Source of the DNA: Kondoa subrosea
Taxonomy: Eukaryota
Length of the DNA stretch: 56,922 bases
Reading direction: 5' to 3'
Assembly (NCBI GenBank): GCA_039545335.1
Contig: BCIN01000006.1
Span: forward strand, 1,240,001-1,296,922
The notes under the pieces: model-generated
The model's database searches: none
What the model saw: the letters and a program-made list of their open reading frames with translations, nothing else
Told to the model about the DNA's origin: nothing
Position numbers and translations under genes: made by a program
Shown here: in pieces, positions 15,294 through 27,121 of the stretch
Numbering within the stretch: position 1 is the stretch's first letter
Layout of the letters: every line of letters starts with the position of its first letter

Positions 15294-16367
15294 TTATTGA
15301 CCGCCAGCAACTGCATTACCAACCAGACCGCCCTTATGACATATGTGTGAGAGCTGAGCAATGAGCAGGAAGAAAAAGACAAACGAGTTGCAAAACAATC
15401 TGATTCATGTTGTGGATGTTGCCAGCTTGCAAATTCAACCCAGCTACTGGTCCAGTTTGTTCAGCTCTGTCAAATCACATTCGAGTTTAATATTCATCAT
15501 TTGAATAAGCAACGAATGACTGACCCAGCATCACCATCAGTGGGCGTAGCGCTTTCTGAGGAACTGCTGCTTGAAGCTGAAGAAGAGGTTAATTCTGAAG
15601 AGCTACTAGGGGTGTACAAGGAACTTGAAGTCGTTGGACGAGGTGTTGTGCTGGTTGTTGAAGGAGGAGTCCAAGTAGAAGTAGGCGTGTATCTGGTTGT
15701 AGTCGGTGGGGGAGTGGATGTAGTTGTTGGCTGTTGATTGTCACCCCAGTTCCAGTCCATGTAGAACACGCCGCTGCGAGTTACTTCAGCTTTGTGATCC
15801 GAGTCGAGGCAAACTATACAACTTACGCTCCGAGACCAGCAAAAGCACTGAATAAACCTTCAGTCATATCCAGAGCACCGTAAGGACATCCTTTAGACAT
15901 TATATGAGCGATTGTTCACGCTGAAACAGCCTCTCTCACCAGGGCAGCAATCAGCAACTGTTGCTACCACAGATTTCCCAGCATAATTGATAGTGATTGA
16001 TCGACCACACTGAGCCGTTCCAGCACAGCCAGCACCATATTGAGCCTCTTTTATCGCAATGAAACATCGATCAGCTTTGAGCTCTCAACTGCAAACAGAC
16101 TAGCCAACCATTGAGAGCTACGATATAATCACCGGGCGTGTTCCTCCATCCGCATGCTCCTACACCTGCAGCACTGTGATAGGACAATTGTCAATGGAAG
16201 CTATACTTCTCCTGTGTCAAAACTAACTAGAAAGTGGCTCTGCGCAACCAAAATATTCAGCTTGCATATTCAAAGCTTTGAGCAGGTGAAGCTCACCTTC
16301 CAGAGATAGCCAGAGCAGTACGGAAGCTGCTGAGCACGACGAGCGAGATTGTGAGTAAGTTGACCAT
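15294..16367 (-). CDS. Secreted expansin-like/loosenin protein (RlpA-like DPBB domain) with Ser/Thr/Pro tail
   Basis: Spliced: signal peptide, GRATFYAAGVGACG, YIVALN, CGRSITI, ATVADCCPGCPYGALDMTEGLF. Confidence 0.88.
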
Positions 16368-16633
16368 GGCTTGAGATTGTTTGTTGTTTTGAAGTTTTTA
16401 GTATCAAGGAACGTGTTGAGTAACGAGTCTGCTGCTGTGGTATAAATTAAAAGAGCGTGAGTAGGGGCATGGAGGATTTCAAGTCGAGGATATGGTTGCG
16501 AGAGAAGCCTGCGTTCTGGTCAAAAGAAACGTCGACGCTCGGTCCGATCTGATGCGCTGTCTCGGATGTGCTGTTTATGCAACATTATACAAAACTGTAC
16601 ACGAGTACAATCATCTCGCATACTGTAGCTTCA

Positions 16634-18111
16634 TCACCACGCCAACTCTTCTTGCTTGACAATTTTGACTTCTCTGACTTCCTTCACTTCTTCTCCAGTC
16701 TGTATTAATTCTCCTTGCACCATCTCATCCCCAAGTAGAGCTGGCGGTACCTCCACTTTGATCTTTGCTTCTTCTTGATCGTCTGCCAAAAGCATTTCCT
16801 TCCATTCCTCTTTCTTGACCGGTCGGACATTGACTTTGCGTTTCGATGGACATAGCTTGGCTTCTCCGAGGTTGCAGAGATCGCATCGTGGACCGACAGG
16901 CAGACAAATGACCTGCATATGAAGTTCAGTCCAGCTCTAGCATGCTGATGGGACACTAACCTGACCAAAACCTGTAGTGAAGTTAGCTATAATTGAAAAG
17001 TATGCAGGGGGAAGGACTAACCAACTAAGGTCTTGTTGATTGACTGATGTAGATCTTTGGGCAACCAAGATTGTAAGTTCAAGCGAGTTTCTTCCGCTTC
17101 CTTCGTCGCTGGTTTATGCCACCCTAGACGATTTGAGATTCGATGCACATGAGTATCGACGCCTGTCCCAAATCTCTCAGAAAGCTATCGGATCTTCCAA
17201 AGATGGGAAATTACCGATGCCATGATTCAACTGCCAACAGCTTTGTAACGCAAGGAAGCCCATTTTAGGTCTATGACGGGTGGATGATCAGCTGATATCT
17301 TTCATACAATAACTCTTCCGACTCACCCTACACCAGGAAGAGCTAGAAGTCCTTCAATAGTCTTCGGCACATCCTTCTCTCCCTCATTAAGCATTTCCGC
17401 CGTTGCTTTAATGTAATCACCTAGACTCCATTTTAGTCGAAGCACATGCGCATACAGGAATGCACAGGAGATATAACATACTCTTTCTGCGCCAAAACCC
17501 AACAGAAGCGATACATTGTTGTATATCCTCAACAGAAGCAGCCAGAATAGATTCAAGCGTCAGACCTCCAGGTAGAGTTCGACGCAAGTTAGCTGTTGCG
17601 GCTGCTGTGACTGGATCTTTAGTTTGAGATGAGAGCATGAGCGAGATCAAGGTTTGAAAACGTTTGCTCTATTCATCTCATAAGCAATTGCTCAATAGTA
17701 GATCATCGCATGGGGACGCACTCGATCATCTGTATCTGGTCTACCTTCTTCAGATTCCAATTTCCCAGCTTCAGTACAACCCATAGTATCCACAGGAGCA
17801 ATAATCGTTTGTCTTTGTTTCGTCAGGATGTCAAGCTGTTTCTCCCAATTCTTAGGTGCGGGATGAGGGACATCTAATTCCAATTTGATCGGTTTCGATT
17901 TGCGTGGAGATGATTTGCTTGGTGAACTTCCGCTAGCTGTTGGTGTGGACCTATTAGGAGTCTTACGTTTCTTGGAAGCTGGTGTACATGGGGTGTAATC
18001 ATCCTCTGAATCAGCAGATGGAGAAGCAGAGCGCTTCGAAGGAACAGATTCGATCAAAGTAACGCGCGAGTCGAGAGAGGATTTCCGCGAGCGAGTGACG
18101 CGTGCAGACAT
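16634..18111 (-). CDS. NTH1: Endonuclease III-like DNA glycosylase/AP lyase (Nth/Ntg, HhH-GPD with 4Fe-4S motif)
   Basis: [48 protein letters not shown]. Confidence 0.93.
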
Positions 18112-18206
18112 TGTGAAGCGAGTCACAGAGAGTCCGATGGGAAACAGCAGCTTTACTCGTTGAAAGAAGAAATAACGAATCTTGATTTGAATCAACGAGC
18201 CTTGTC

Positions 18207-18728
18207 ATGGCGTCATTAGCTGCAAGTGAGAAAAGGTTGCTCTGTCTTAATAAGGCACTGCTGATATATAGCCATTGCAGGATTGAAGAACTTCCGGTGC
18301 GAAGGAAGCTTGACTATGAATTGCTCAGAATCTCATCTCTTGGATTCAGGTCTCATCCAGAAGTCTGTAAGCCTTCTCGTTATGCTTTACGCTCAAGATA
18401 CTGATCTATCACAGGGCCTCTGGGTATGCTCATGGATAAATCGCGAAGCTTATCTAATGCACCGATTATAGTTGCTGCAGTTGGAGCAGTCTCTAGCTTC
18501 GGTATCTACAGCTTAGTCAGGGATGTAGAAACTCCTGCAAACGGAATCTCCTTGAATCCAGAAGTGCGCCATACTGGTGAACCATGTTGGTCCATTCATA
18601 GTCGCGCGCTATCATATCTGATATTCTTTGGGCGTGAAGCATATTCGAAGGTCAAAACCGATCAACCTCATATGGAGACTGTCAACGGGAAAATGGAAAT
18701 GGTTCAAGAGGGAAAGATTAAGAAGTGA
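18207..18728 (+). CDS. NDUFA4/MLRQ (B12D family)-like mitochondrial microprotein, copy 1 (87 aa, 6 exons)
   Basis: Exons 18207-18225, 18281-18296, 18350-18366, 18415-18423, 18472-18585, 18640-18728 give MASLAARLKNFRSHPEVWPLVAAVGAVSSFGIYSLVRD...; PEVWPL followed by one TM helix. Confidence 0.7.
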
Positions 18729-19177
18729 ATGAGACGCAAAGGAGGCAGCAAGAGGCAGAATGTTGAAGTGTAACAACGCCAGAGGCAATCATGATTTCTT
18801 TAGTATGACAGAAACTGTGATGCTCAAACCATAGTAGTAGCTTCAGGAACAATTTCAGCATATCACCAGCACAAACTGACGATTGTCAGAATTGACGAGT
18901 TAGCCAAATCAGCTAGCCTTGTGATCCATATGCTTGTTCGAATGACGGACACTCTCGGAGAGCCAAGCCCAGAACGGGCTTTCAGAAGGTCAAGGGAGAG
19001 GAAGGAAGCGCTATCGGGCAATGGCCGTTCTCGCGAGTATAGGAAGGAAGAGAAACGGAAGACACATATAAAGAGCTCTTCCATTGACTCTCTTTGACTC
19101 CTTTCCCAAGCGATAGCACACTTTCAAGTCTTTAGCAAACAAAACACTTTCCCAAGTTTGAGCTTTCATATCGAAAC

Positions 19178-19634
19178 ATGGCAGCTGCATCATTCCGAAG
19201 TCCATTTTCATACCCACCGTGTGAAGAACTCTTCTGATCTATTGTTGTTGCTGACAGCTGGTTTCCGACTGTTCAAACAAAACCCGGAAGTTTGGCCTCT
19301 AGGTAAGTCTCCTCTTCTTTTGCTCTTTCAGCTGCTCGCGCTAGGTAGCATAAGTCGGCGTCGTTGTTATTCCGTTGTCATTCGGTCTATATTATGGATT
19401 ACGAGCGAGCCAAAGGGCGGACGTAACGTTCGACAAGGATTTGAGAAGGGTCGATCCAGGTAAGATCTTTGCCTTTCGCAAGTGCATCACATGTTCATCC
19501 ATCTCGTCGGCAGTCTATAACAACATGTGCGTCCTAAAAGATCTGGTGCAAGCGTGTCGTAAACCAATCGAAGCCGTTCAGACATACTTCCCAACCGCAT
19601 CTGGTTCTACAAAACGGCAAGGTTGAATACGTAG
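19178..19634 (+). CDS. NDUFA4/MLRQ (B12D family)-like mitochondrial microprotein, copy 2 (81 aa, 5 exons)
   Basis: Exons 19178-19199, 19258-19302, 19355-19459, 19514-19526, 19574-19634 give MAAASFRTGFRLFKQNPEVWPLVGVVVIPLSFGLYYGLRASQRADVTFDKDLRRVDPVYNNIRSDILPNRIWFYKTARLNT. Confidence 0.7.
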
Positions 19635-19860
19635 AAGGATCGACATCGGGTTGGCAGTCATCACAGGGAATTAATGAGGTAATCAAATTGTAACATAGTC
19701 GGATATTGGCAATGAATCTTTGTTTCGTATGGGAATCCAATCGCAGAGACGCAACAGAGTATGTTGTAATATCTTGATATCTTGTAGCCACAATACAGCA
19801 ATATTCGATCTTGCTTTGCTTTGTAAGTCACTTTCACCTCAACAGCCAAAAACAAGTAAA

Positions 19861-20951
19861 ATGAATAGGGAGCAACAGGAAAGGAACCAGGTTCGTAGGC
19901 AATCTGCGACTTGTACTTCAGGCTCTGACCAAGTAGAGAGTAGGAAGCGACAATATATATGGTTCGTGTGGTGATTTCAAGCAAGAGACGAAATTGTTAA
20001 AGAAAAGCATTTGCTTACAGGGCAATCTGGATGAGAGAGTGACAGACGCTCTGATCTGGGAACTCATGCTTCAAGCTGGACCAGTTGGTAAGCTCTGCAG
20101 CCATCGAAATTGGTGACATTATGCTGAAATGTCGTGTAAAGCCAATGTACATTTGCCTAGGGATAGGATCTCAATGTCGCATCAGGGTTTCGGTTTCTGT
20201 GAATTCTTAGTAGCAGAAGATGCGGAATATGCATGCAGAATCATGAATCAGGTCAATTCGCTCAATACTTTCCAGCTCTGCCTTGTACTGAACTATTGAC
20301 AGATCAAAATGTTCGGGAAACCTATACGTGTTAACATGGCTTCTTCAGATGGTCGAAAACCAATAGATATCGGAGCAAACCTTTTCATTGGTAATCTGGA
20401 TGAAGGCGTAACCGAAGAACTCCTCTATACAGCCTTTTCCAATTTTGGTGGTCTTACACAACAGCCTAAAGTAGCAAGAGATGACGCAGCTAGACCGAAA
20501 GGTTACGGTTTCGTTTCCTACGATTCATTCGAAGCTGCAGATCAAGCGATAGAATCGATGGAAGGTCAATATCTGATGAACAAGCCGGTAACGGTACAAT
20601 ATGCTTTCAAGAAGGAAGGCAAGGGAGAAAGACATGGTTCGGCCGCCGAACGATTGCTTGCAGCACAAGCAAGAAAGAATCATGCTTTGCCTATCAAGTG
20701 AGTTTACACGATATATAATTAACAACTGGTCTGACTGTCTACCTCAGCTTTGGTGTTGCTCCCCCTCCGCCAATGATGACCGGCGCCAATGCTTTTCCTC
20801 CTGCTGGTTTTGGTGCACCAGTTAGTAAAGTCTCAAATGTTCTGAATGACAGTACTGACGGTGTTTACAGCCGCCCGGGTTTGCTCCTCCAATGCAACAG
20901 CAGATGGGTGCGCCAGGATTTCCTCCTCCGCCACCAATTGGCTTTCAGTAA
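19861..20951 (+). CDS. HSH49: U2 snRNP SF3b subunit Hsh49/SF3B4
   Basis: [32 protein letters not shown], two RRMs, [21 protein letters not shown], Pro-rich tail. Confidence 0.95.
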
Positions 20952-21084
20952 AGACTCGACAATGTAATCTTTCAATAACAAAATGTACAATTACTCTAGA
21001 CTACAATCACATCCCAATCTTCCCTTTCTTCCCAGAATCTGACAGACTTGAGGGCTCCCATCTGTTCTGCAGCCTCGATAAACT

Positions 21085-22712
21085 TCAACGGAGAATAAGT
21101 AAAGCTTCTGGCCAAGCATAGCCAGAATAGCGTTGCAAAGTAGTCCTTACTTCTATTTCCTCATCTTTTGTTCCGGGTACTAGAGGTTGACCATCCATGA
21201 TTGACTCCCTCACGATGGTCCAGACTCTGTTTCTTACACCTACTTGCTTCATCTTCCTCGAACATTTCTCGACCATAGCCAATACTTCATCTTCGTTTAT
21301 ATCAGGTCTTTGAGAAATAATGTGTAACGTTCTGAGCGTCTTCAATTTCTGCAACCCTTGCTCCAACCGAGTCATATCCTTTTCCCACAAATGCAAAACC
21401 AGATCTTGAATTCCTCTTGCTTCTTCGCATAATACATCAACAGCATCCATAGGTACCAATAAACCATTAACTTCGAATCTCTTGATATTTGGTAAAAGGG
21501 TAGTGAACTCTTGAACGAAAGAAGTAGTCAAAACTGGCCATTCTTTTCTTCCTCCTTGTAAGACTGCTTGACCAGTAGAGAAGATAGTGAAGGTATGAAG
21601 ATATGGTGTTTGATTGGCTAAGTATATCAAAGAAGGGTAGAGCGAATCAATGTGATGAGCTCTGATTCCAGGATGAGTAGTTTTGAGTGATCGAAGATGA
21701 GTGAGATGAGGTGCTACGAGCTGGAAAAAGCTTGTGCTATTCCCACATGACTCCAGGGCCAGATGATGCAAGTTTGGTATGCGGCGGAAGAGAGCGAGTA
21801 AAGCTGTGTCGCTTGTTTTCGGACAGCCTGATAGCGCAAGAGATCGGAGGTTGGTTATAGATGGTATTTTGCAAACGGAAGAGATAAAGTCGTCCGTTAC
21901 TGCTGAACTTGCAAGACACAGAAGCGTTATGTGTGAAAGAGATGGAAGCCGGTCAATGGCTAAGGGAAGGTAAGAGATTGATGGCTTATCTGGAAGTAGG
22001 AGAGAAAGAGATTGAGTTGATCTTGGCAGGCCAAGTAGTTGTATTGCATCCCAATCATCTGTTGAAGCATTGATCTCCAATTCACGCAGCGTCGCCGAAT
22101 CGCAAATGGTCTGCATAATTTCTTTGGATAAAGCTCCTTTTCTGGTGAATATCAGAGAAGTAAGGTTGCTAGCCTTTTTGAGCGTTTGTATGATGTCTCT
22201 TTCCAATGCTGTCCGTTCGGCATTGAAAGGAAAGACTCGAATCTCCAGCTTGCGCAGCAGACCACATAGATAAGAAGATGTAGCAAGGATGGAAAAGATC
22301 TTTGATACAAGTTCGACATCCCGACATCGAATCCAGGTGTACAGGAGTGGCCTCGCTGCTTGCTCGAAAGAAGAGGAAACGAGACACAAGCGAGCAAGAT
22401 TGGCATGCTGGTATCTATATCGAGGAATGAGAAGAATGCGAGCAATGCTAGAGACCAGCTGACTGCAAATGCGACAATATAGCTGGCAAGAGCTCAACTG
22501 TGTACATTGACTTTGAGCAACCAAAAGATCTTTTGAACTACTCAAGGCTGACCAGGAAGATTTGCGAACGCTGTTGTCCAAGCTACTTGCTCGGTATCCA
22601 TGAATCCACCTCGATTGCTACTAGTAGTGGTCTTTTCTGGCGCAACTACCGCATGCTGACCCCGAAGCTCTTCCAAAGATTTGACCAACTCCGCTTGCGT
22701 CGTGGTGTCCAT
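21085..22712 (-). CDS. F-box / RNI-like LRR protein
   Basis: Spliced F-box ANLPVELLPAILSHL...LARLCLVSSSF...ARPLLY, then LxxLxL repeats. Confidence 0.75.
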
Positions 22713-22890
22713 AAGAATGGGTGACCGAATCAAACCCTATATACCAACTTGAATCCCGAAAAGTACACATGTAGCATTGCCGGCGTGCGCGCCCTTGCTG
22801 TTGTTTGTTCTGCTTCTTGCTCTTCTACTTCGACCTCTTCTTCTGTGGTCTCTTGCTCGAGCTCTGCTATCTCTGTGGTATCACGCTCCG

Positions 22891-23740
22891 ATGACAAGAA
22901 ATTTGCCAAAAGCCAAAGTCAAGCTTGTGCAATTTGATCCGGATGACGAAACGCAAGCAGATGAGCTGCGCAGGCAGAGAGAGCTTTGTGGCTGGCATTC
23001 AGATCAAGTAGACAAATGGCGAAAGTTGATTCGTAATGGGGATCGAGTCAGTTACAATTGGTGCGAATATAACACACCGTAAGACTAATGCTAGGACAGC
23101 TCTTCTGGTGGATCTATTCTGATGCGGATGGCAGTCCAATTGGACATATTGGCTTGTGAGTGCTGCGCCTTCCAAGTGTAAAGTGTTTCCTCAAATTGCA
23201 CAGAGATTTAGTCGATCATTTGGATGATACGAGTCTGGCTTCAAAAGCGACTGGTCGCGCCTCTGTGGGTCCTTCACTTCTTCTTACAACTCAAATCTGA
23301 CCATCGTATAGATTGCATCGTTCTATATCCTCAAAGAGTATCAAGGTGCAGGCATAGGAAACGCAGCGATGGACGTCGTCGAAGCGACTGCGGCACTTCC
23401 AAAATATGGCCTGAAAGTAATCACTCTGCATAGTGGGTCTTATTCATACTGCTATGTCCTTCATCGCTCACAGACTGATTTAGCATGGCATCCAAAGCAT
23501 TTCGAGGACGCTGCTTATTGGCAAGCCCTATATGGACCCGAGGGCAAAGCACCAGCTCTGCTCAACGCACGTTGGTATGAGCGAAGAGGATATACTGCTT
23601 AGTACGCGAATGCAATTCGGTCTTTCGTACATCGATAATGTTCCAGCAGCAAAGAAGCGGTTCGATATACGACTAAAAGCCACGATGGAACAGTCGACAT
23701 TGGACTACTAGACATCTTCATGGAAAAGCAAATTGCCTAA
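22891..23740 (+). CDS. GNAT-family acetyltransferase
   Basis: Spliced; IASFYILKEYQGAGIG (motif A) and NARWYERRGY (motif B). Confidence 0.85.
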
Positions 23741-24117
23741 ACAATAGTACCCGATGCTTCCCACCTCAATATTTCGCTGCCTCAAGAGCAAATACATAGA
23801 CATGGCGCATTAGCAGAGCTCTTTCATTGCTGTGTCAGGAGCTCAGTGTATAATCAAGGGGCGATCGATCGAAGTCACTGCTTCGCACCCTTGGCGCGCG
23901 GTAAGTAGAGCACGCAGATAGACCTTGTAAGACGCAGCATAACGTTACATTGATTCCGATTGTATCCGTGTTCTTTTGGCCTTCTGTCGCAACTTGCGTC
24001 AAACAGCTTCTCTGGCAGTACTCTGACCGTCAATGACTGTCTCTGTCATCGGTCCTGAATTGTGTATGCTGTTCTGTTCGATATAATCCATTCAGGATTA
24101 CTGCTGTGACATTATTT

Positions 24118-26926
24118 TCAAGACAGCATATCAAGTGATGCTACACCATACGACACATCCTCCCACGGTAAAGATGAAAACCCTGCGTCCAACTTCAGCT
24201 AAAGCTATTGTCAGCTCCGTTACTTTGATCTTAATGAAAGGCTCACAATTTCAATCCACTCATTCTTGTCTGGTACTGCCCATAATACAGTCGCCCAGGC
24301 TTCTAGGCCTGTCCAGATATTGGTCAACAGTGTTGACCCATCTGTAGTCAGAGGCGAGGGTAAAGGATCTTCAAGAAGAGACACTGGAAAAGGCCGGGAG
24401 AAGACAACTGCTTCATTTGTATGAGACGCGTATTTCTTGACGAGCGAGTCATATCCAATATGATAGAGACTTCTTGCGTATTCACCAGCTCGCAGAGGTT
24501 TCTTGGGATCACCATTAGCAAGACCAGCTTCTAGCCTCATTCGCTTCACTCTATGACCACCGTCTTCCGATGCTTCGAAACGTCTTGTTGCAGAATTGAC
24601 TATGTCGTTCACAGCGGAAGACACCATTGAAAGTGTTTCCTGAACTTGAGTGAGAGGTTGCATTAACAAGAGACAGGTCTTTAAAGTCTCTACTGTGAGC
24701 TCGTATTCATCCTCGTCGACCACTAAAAGCTAGATAATAAGTACGCAGAACAAGTGCCGCAAGCAAACACACCATAAAGGTCTATAGCGCAAACAATCAA
24801 CGCATTACACATCATGAAAGCTAGCTCTAGATGCTGTTGACCACGAGTATTGTGTGCCATTGAGCGATAATACATGAGAATGCCTCTCGCAGCAGCGACT
24901 AGAGCATTTCGATTGGCCGTGAAGCGTTTATCGGCAACACCGCGCAGTAAGCTGGGCAACCGTCTCGAATGCTATGCAGGACACTTGAAATAGAAGTGGA
25001 CGTACAATGGTCTTTGTAAGCGCATGATAACCATCCGATGATCTGCGTGTGCTAGAATGAGGTGATAGTCGTGCGGAAAAGAGCTGCCATCGACGGGTCT
25101 AGCTGTTGTTTAAGTAAGCACAGCTTCATTGTTGAAGTGACTCACTTCATTATGCCAGATGATGTATGGGGAACTTCGAGCTGTTGAAGCTGCAAGATCA
25201 GCTGCAAGTCATATATAGTGTCTAAAAGAGTTTACAGGCAGTAATTCGCTGTCAAGCGTCACCAGACGACGCAGAATGTCATGGACATCGTCTGAAGTAG
25301 GTCGGGCATTGACAGAGTAGAGATAATCCGTTATACTCTCTGCCAGCAGATTAACAATGCCTACACTGGTGTGTCTGCTTGACGAACCCTTGATCGGTAG
25401 CAAAGCAAGTTGTGTATGCAAGCGAAACCGGCTATCTTGAGTTCCAACTGGCTGACCAAGTAGACTTGCTTGCGTTTCGATTGGTTGCAGTGGATTCTGC
25501 TCGCCATCAGTATCTCCTTTCATTTAGATAGATAGGGTGTGCGCCACCTGTGTGGTATATTGAGATCTGTTCAGACGGTAGCCACGAGATGAACCATTCA
25601 AAGCATCTTTAGTCAATAAGAGAGACCACAACAGCCTGTGTGTGGCTGGGTCAGGTTTGGTCGACGCTCGGTGCCCGGTTGAAGGTAAGCTAGACGGATC
25701 CTGGTACTGTACTGATCTTGCATCAGTCAAAGCTCTGACAAAGAGACATAGTCGTACAAGACCGAGCTGCCAGGCAATCTCTACAGCTTGACTCAAATCC
25801 TGACCTGAAAAATTATCTGAGAGGATTGCCGTCGACAGATGGCGAGACTACAAACTGGCTCGGTATGGCAGACGAAACCTCTTGTAGAAATAATGCAGCA
25901 ACAGAACTTGAATCATTTCGATCGTTCCCGGACTAGTATCCCATGCCTGCAAAGCTTTGGCTCTAGCTAGCGCAACTTGCGAAACATGCATAAATTGGCG
26001 ACCTGCTGATTCAGCTTCGGGTGATACTCCTGTGATATGTTGTCCTTGTCTTCCGTTCGCAGACATAATGGCAATGATTGCAGTTATCAGACTGGTGAGC
26101 AGCCAATCTTCAGGACTTGCGACCGACATCTGGAGCGGACAGGCCTCGTTGATCCGGGTCCAGAGGCGCGCGATAGGTGATATAGGCATCTCATAGATTA
26201 GATCGCCGAAGAAAGGACTTGCAAGTTCGATAAAGTTTGACGGCAGGATGGCAAAAGCTTCGTTGAAGTTTGGTGTTTCATTCAGCAAAGCGCCAAATGG
26301 ATCAGAGGCAGATGTCATTGGCGCAAACTAGACAGTTTGATCAGCAAGATTCCAGAAAGAGTTAATGCACTGCTCACAGGAGCTGGCGAGACAGCAGATT
26401 GACCAGATCCAGAAGCTTGAGGAATCATCACATCAGCTACAGGTGTGTCTGGAACACCGTGAGCTGGTGCTGAGGGGGTTTGTACAGACGATACCGCCTT
26501 CTTCTTGCCAGGCTCGCGCTTAGCGTCCGTCCAATCGCAGTCGGCTCCTCTGCTCTTGCAAGCAGCGCAAGGATCTTCCCTGTCGCACTGTAAAGTTTAT
26601 CAGCTCCAGAGCTGGGGAAACGAGAGATGAACATGTCGCGAGCCAAGAGCTGCACACTCATAGAAGAGGGGAGCAAGGCAAAAATGAAGCCAGAGATGTG
26701 TGAATCTACCTTTAGTTTCCGCTTTCGACACTGAGCAAGACAATAAGCTGAAAATCGATATGCAAGTGAGACCAGCTCAGTACTTGCGACGTACTTGGGC
26801 ACACGAGATTGGTTTCCTATTGCGCTTCTTCTTTGCAGGCAAATTCACGCCTTCTTGTTCTGGCTCGGGAGCTGGCGATTGTGGAAGCAGAGCAGGATCC
26901 ACGTCGACAGATGCTGATTCGTCCAT
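24118..26926 (-). CDS. Zn(II)2Cys6 fungal transcription factor
   Basis: KKRNRKPISCAQ|CRKRKLK|CDREDPCAAC...C; middle homology region (AVEIAWQLGL, RLLWSLL); 3' end approximate. Confidence 0.85.
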
Positions 26927-27121
26927 AGCGAGAATTGAAGAAATGAGCCCGAAAGAGCGGGTCACAGTTGAGAACCAAACAATAACTGCTCAGCTGTGGA
27001 GATCGCCGACGGAGTTTACACATGTATATCGCATCATGTAAGCTAAAGAGCATGCATTTGCAAGTTCGTACAAGTTCCCTATAACAGTCCAATCTCTCAC
27101 ACATCTTTTGCCCTGTCGAAA

